From NCBI GenBank assembly GCA_050633245.1, contig JBOEGD010000009.1, positions 256,001-320,000 on the forward strand: DNA of 64,000 nt, written 5' to 3'. The stretch's first letter is position 1; each line of letters begins with the position of its first letter. The notes under the pieces were generated by a model. The model did no database searches. It saw only the letters and a list, made by a program, of their open reading frames with translations, and was not told the DNA's origin. The position numbers and the translations under genes are program-made. Below are positions 60,868 to 64,000 of the stretch, piece by piece. The stretch is from Calditrichia bacterium (lineage in GTDB: Bacteria > Calditrichota > Calditrichia > RBG-13-44-9 > J075).

Positions 60868-63800
60868 ATGACGCGTTCGAGGAAAGACACTCCAAAACCA
60901 GAGTTAACCAGAAATCCGCTTTTTCAGCGCTGGATCTCTGATTTCCCTGACCTCACTGCCCATATTCACGAAAAAGAATGGGCGGGGTTCTTCCAGTACA
61001 TCATTCTGGCACTGGCCGGGAAACGTACGGAGCGTCTCTATCGGTTTCTAGACTTCTATCTCCCCCGTTTAATTCGAAACGACATTCCAAGCAAGCGTGT
61101 TCTGGAGAGCTTAACCAGCTTGCGTGCACTTTTCCTGGCAGAAATCCCTCAGTCGCTCTCTGTTGAAAAGCGAGATCGCGTTGCCGGTCAGATACTGGAT
61201 CACTTCGATTCGGTCTTGCTATTTACCCAGGAAAAATTTCTTCGCTGTGCCGAGCCGGAAATGAATTATCTCAATCATCATCACGAGGGACAGCTTGCAA
61301 AATTGAAGACCATGGCCTTCCATGTACGCGGACGTCGCTTCTCTGGACAGGGCTACCAAAACCCGGCTTTCCATCAGTGGACGGATACCGATCCCAGCGA
61401 ACATATTGCACGTGCGGTTTGGGAAGTTATTATTCATCCGGATGATTATCTTGTACTGCAATCCCGATTGCGAGAGATGATCGAATCGCAGCAGGCAATA
61501 TACGAATTAAACTACCGTTTGAAGAACCACAAAGGAGACTGGGAGCACGTTGTTGAACTCGGCCGTATTCTTTATGATGAATCGCGCAGAGTGGAAGCAT
61601 TTATCGGCGTAATTACGGTGGCTAGTGCCTCATCGCAGCATCTGATTCAGGACTTTGAGTTAGCCAATATCTTTCGTTTCCTGCTGGACGATCAGAAAGA
61701 CCTGGCCATGCTGCTGGATATGGAAGGTCGCATCCTGTTTGCAACTCCCAGATTAAACCCTTATTTAAAGACAGAGAACAACATTGACCTTGCCTTAACC
61801 GATCACATTTTCTTCGACTTGCTGGACAGAGATAATAAGATCGTAGCGCGCCGCTCTTGGGAACAGTTTCTCGAGCATCCGCAGGATGGCCGGAAAATGC
61901 TGTTAAAGTTACGTGATCGCAATAAACAAACACGAATTATTGAGTTCAGCTACCAGTCGGTATACAGCTCATTTAAGAAAAAGCTAATTTGCCTTTCCGG
62001 TAAAGCAATAGCCAAGCGCAGTAGCAGTGAGGTGTATCTGGAGCAAAGCTCAACCTTGCTAAATCTGTTCATGGACAATGAGTCTCCCGAAAAGCAGCAG
62101 TATCAAAAAATGCTGGATATTGCTCTTAAGTTAATTCCGGGTGCTCAATTCGCGACCCTGCTTCAAAAAAATCATCTTGGCTATATATTCACTGCCGGTG
62201 TTGGATTCGAAACGGCTCCGCTTCAAGATCTGGTGCTGCTCGACAAAACGACCGTTCGCAAATTAAAGTCGCTGGATGAAATTTCGGGTATTGATGATAC
62301 CGTAAAGCGAATTACGATGCGCGAGGTTCGCGAAGAACTGTACAGCGCCCTGCCAGAGGCCCGGCGTGAGCTGATTCTGAATCAGGGACGAATTGCTTCT
62401 GCCAATGAGTTGCTTGCAGGTAAAATTTTTGTGCGCGGAGAATCTCATAGTCTAATCGTGCTTGGAACTGTCGGAGAAGAAAATCACTTCACCGAAAACG
62501 ACCTTTTTCTTTTGCAACTTCTAACAAAGCAAGCGTCGCTCCTGTTGGGTCATTCCATTCTGGGCAAAGATCTCATAGAAGCAACGCGCAACTATAGCCA
62601 GTTGTTGCAGCACGCTCCTGTCGCCTGCTTTGTTATCCAGGACAATCGCATTCAGTCATTTAACCCGTTTTTCAAAGACATGCTCGGATACGGTCGCGAC
62701 GAAATGTTAGTCCGAGACTTGTGGAGACATTTGCACCCGGATGACTTACAGCGTTTCCAAATGGATATTGCAGCTGTTACCGATCGCTATAGCGTGATGG
62801 ACATGGAAATTCGCTTGATAGACAAGCAAAAACAGGAACTGTTTTGCAATGGAACGTTATTGAATGTGCAGCTGAACGGCCAGCCGGCTGTTTTGTGTAT
62901 CGCTTTCGACCAAAGTAAGGTAAAGGTGCTGGAAGAGCAACTCTCAGCACAAAATCGCGGAGAAGCAGATTCTGCAATGCTGGCCGGAATTGCCCATGAT
63001 TTCAACAATATTTTAGGAACGGTCATTCCTGCATCTCAGCTTATCATGAAGCGCCCTCGTTCCTCAAAAACTCACAATCGGGCCAAAATCATCTTTATGA
63101 TGGCGCAACGCGCCTACCAAATGAATCAGGGGTTGTTGAAACTTCCTGAGCGTGAAAGCAAAGAAGGGCTGGAAAAAGTAGATATCACCATGCTTATGCG
63201 CGATAATCATAAGACTTTTCGCAGAATTCTTGGTGAGTCTGTGAAGCTGGAATACGATTTAACCGACAAGCCAATGCCTATCGAAGGCGATTATAAACAA
63301 CTTGTTCAGGCATTGATAAATCTATTGATTAATGCACGCGAGGCCATGCCGGAGGGTGGTATCGTAACGGTAGGCTGCTCCACTCAACAGATAAAAGAGC
63401 AGGATGGCACGTCGGGAGAATTTCATACTGTAGAACATGTCGTCATTTCGATTCAGGATACCGGACGAGGTGTTCCGGCAGATATTCGGACCAAAATATA
63501 CGATCCCTTCTTTACAACAAAACCGAAAGGTCGCGGTGCCGGTCTTGGCTTAAGTATTGTGCAGCGTATTGTGAAACATCATCACGGTTCAATACTCCTT
63601 AATGGAAATGGCACAGGCACGACTTTTAAGATTTCCTTACCCCTACTTCAAGAGAAGAAACCAGATATTCTGACAAAAAATGGCAGCAATGGAACCGCTA
63701 CCAATTCAAATGGCAAAGCGGCGACAAACGGTACGGTGCCCAAAAACGGTACGCCAGCTGGAAAAATTCTGGTAGTTGATGATGAGCAGTATTTGCGTGA

Positions 63801-64000
63801 GGTGTTTGTCAGCATGCTAAAACTGAACGGCTATGGCTGCTTTGAAGCCTCCTCCGGAGCACAAGCCATTGCCCTTTATACGCAGCGTCAAGATGAAATT
63901 GATCTCATAATTCTCGACTATGCTATGCCGGGCATGTCTGGGGCAGAAGTGTATAAAAAGCTGAAAGAGATTAATCCAAAAGCCAGAATAATGCTTTGTA
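60868..64000 (+). CDS. Multi-PAS/GAF hybrid histidine kinase (CckA-type); truncated by window edge
   Basis: Not in ORF track. Open frame from ATG 60868: PAS motifs IIHPDD...YRLKNHKGDW and HLHPDD; AGIAHDFNNILG H-box; LINLLINAREAMPEGG; DTGRG; PFFTTK; GLGL; REC ILVVDDE...IILDYAMP. Confidence 0.9.
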   Translation, partial: MTRSRKDTPKPELTRNPLFQRWISDFPDLTAHIHEKEWAGFFQYIILALAGKRTERLYRFLDFYLPRLIRNDIPSKRVLESLTSLRALFLAEIPQSLSVEKRDRVAGQILDHFDSVLLFTQEKFLRCAEPEMNYLNHHHEGQLAKLKTMAFHVRGRRFSGQGYQNPAFHQWTDTDPSEHIARAVWEVIIHPDDYLVLQSRLREMIESQQAIYELNYRLKNHKGDWEHVVELGRILYDESRRVEAFIGVITVASASSQHLIQDFELANIFRFLLDDQKDLAMLLDMEGRILFATPRLNPYLKTENNIDLALTDHIFFDLLDRDNKIVARRSWEQFLEHPQDGRKMLLKLRDRNKQTRIIEFSYQSVYSSFKKKLICLSGKAIAKRSSSEVYLEQSSTLLNLFMDNESPEKQQYQKMLDIALKLIPGAQFATLLQKNHLGYIFTAGVGFETAPLQDLVLLDKTTVRKLKSLDEISGIDDTVKRITMREVREELYSALPEARRELILNQGRIASANELLAGKIFVRGESHSLIVLGTVGEENHFTENDLFLLQLLTKQASLLLGHSILGKDLIEATRNYSQLLQHAPVACFVIQDNRIQSFNPFFKDMLGYGRDEMLVRDLWRHLHPDDLQRFQMDIAAVTDRYSVMDMEIRLIDKQKQELFCNGTLLNVQLNGQPAVLCIAFDQSKVKVLEEQLSAQNRGEADSAMLAGIAHDFNNILGTVIPASQLIMKRPRSSKTHNRAKIIFMMAQRAYQMNQGLLKLPERESKEGLEKVDITMLMRDNHKTFRRILGESVKLEYDLTDKPMPIEGDYKQLVQALINLLINAREAMPEGGIVTVGCSTQQIKEQDGTSGEFHTVEHVVISIQDTGRGVPADIRTKIYDPFFTTKPKGRGAGLGLSIVQRIVKHHHGSILLNGNGTGTTFKISLPLLQEKKPDILTKNGSNGTATNSNGKAATNGTVPKNGTPAGKILVVDDEQYLREVFVSMLKLNGYGCFEASSGAQAIALYTQRQDEIDLIILDYAMPGMSGAEVYKKLKEINPKARIMLC

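Noticed and set aside
49-63026. Numerous short antisense or alternate-frame ORFs in the track
   Set aside because: They are shadows of long, motif-supported CDSs on the opposite strand or in another frame.

Overview
Ordinary chromosomal DNA of a diderm bacterium, probably FCB-superphylum or similar (Calditrichota/KSB1/Ignavibacteria-like, inferred from two secreted proteins ending in QN(Y/F)PNPFNP sorting domains). No prophage, IS transposase, CRISPR array, rRNA or tRNA was recognised. Left to right: (1) 1-14.5 kb, a Wzy-dependent exopolysaccharide operon (minus strand, runs off the left edge) with Wza, a Wzc with a degenerate Walker A, Wzy, five glycosyltransferases, two acyltransferases, an asparagine-synthetase-like amidoligase and a secreted GH5-like hydrolase missed by the ORF track. 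(2) 14.6-22.7 kb, a partner-switching module (REC-PP2C phosphatase, two STAS proteins, anti-sigma kinase) interleaved with glycogen phosphorylase, pyrophosphatase and a degenerate DUF4301 protein. (3) An NAD salvage operon (pncA-like, pncB) with a Cys-less desulfurase-like PLP enzyme and a class II aldolase. (4) A secreted M14 carboxypeptidase, a GldA/GldF-G/DUF4340 ABC system, a GT87 plus tandem-repeat protein pair and a secreted beta-propeller. (5) A radical SAM/SPASM gene preceded by a promoter, structured leader and terminator, then an ABC exporter and rplU-rpmA. (6) 48.3-59.1 kb, an Hpt gene and a FIST(NosP-like)/RedB/three-hybrid-kinase operon with no output regulator, followed by an MFS transporter and a truncated PAS/GAF hybrid kinase missed by the ORF track. 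The best candidate for an undescribed system is a phosphorelay/partner-switch circuit coupling glycogen breakdown to exopolysaccharide synthesis. The best non-coding candidate is the ~100-nt RNA at 43020-43117. All family assignments come from motif recognition by eye, not database searches.
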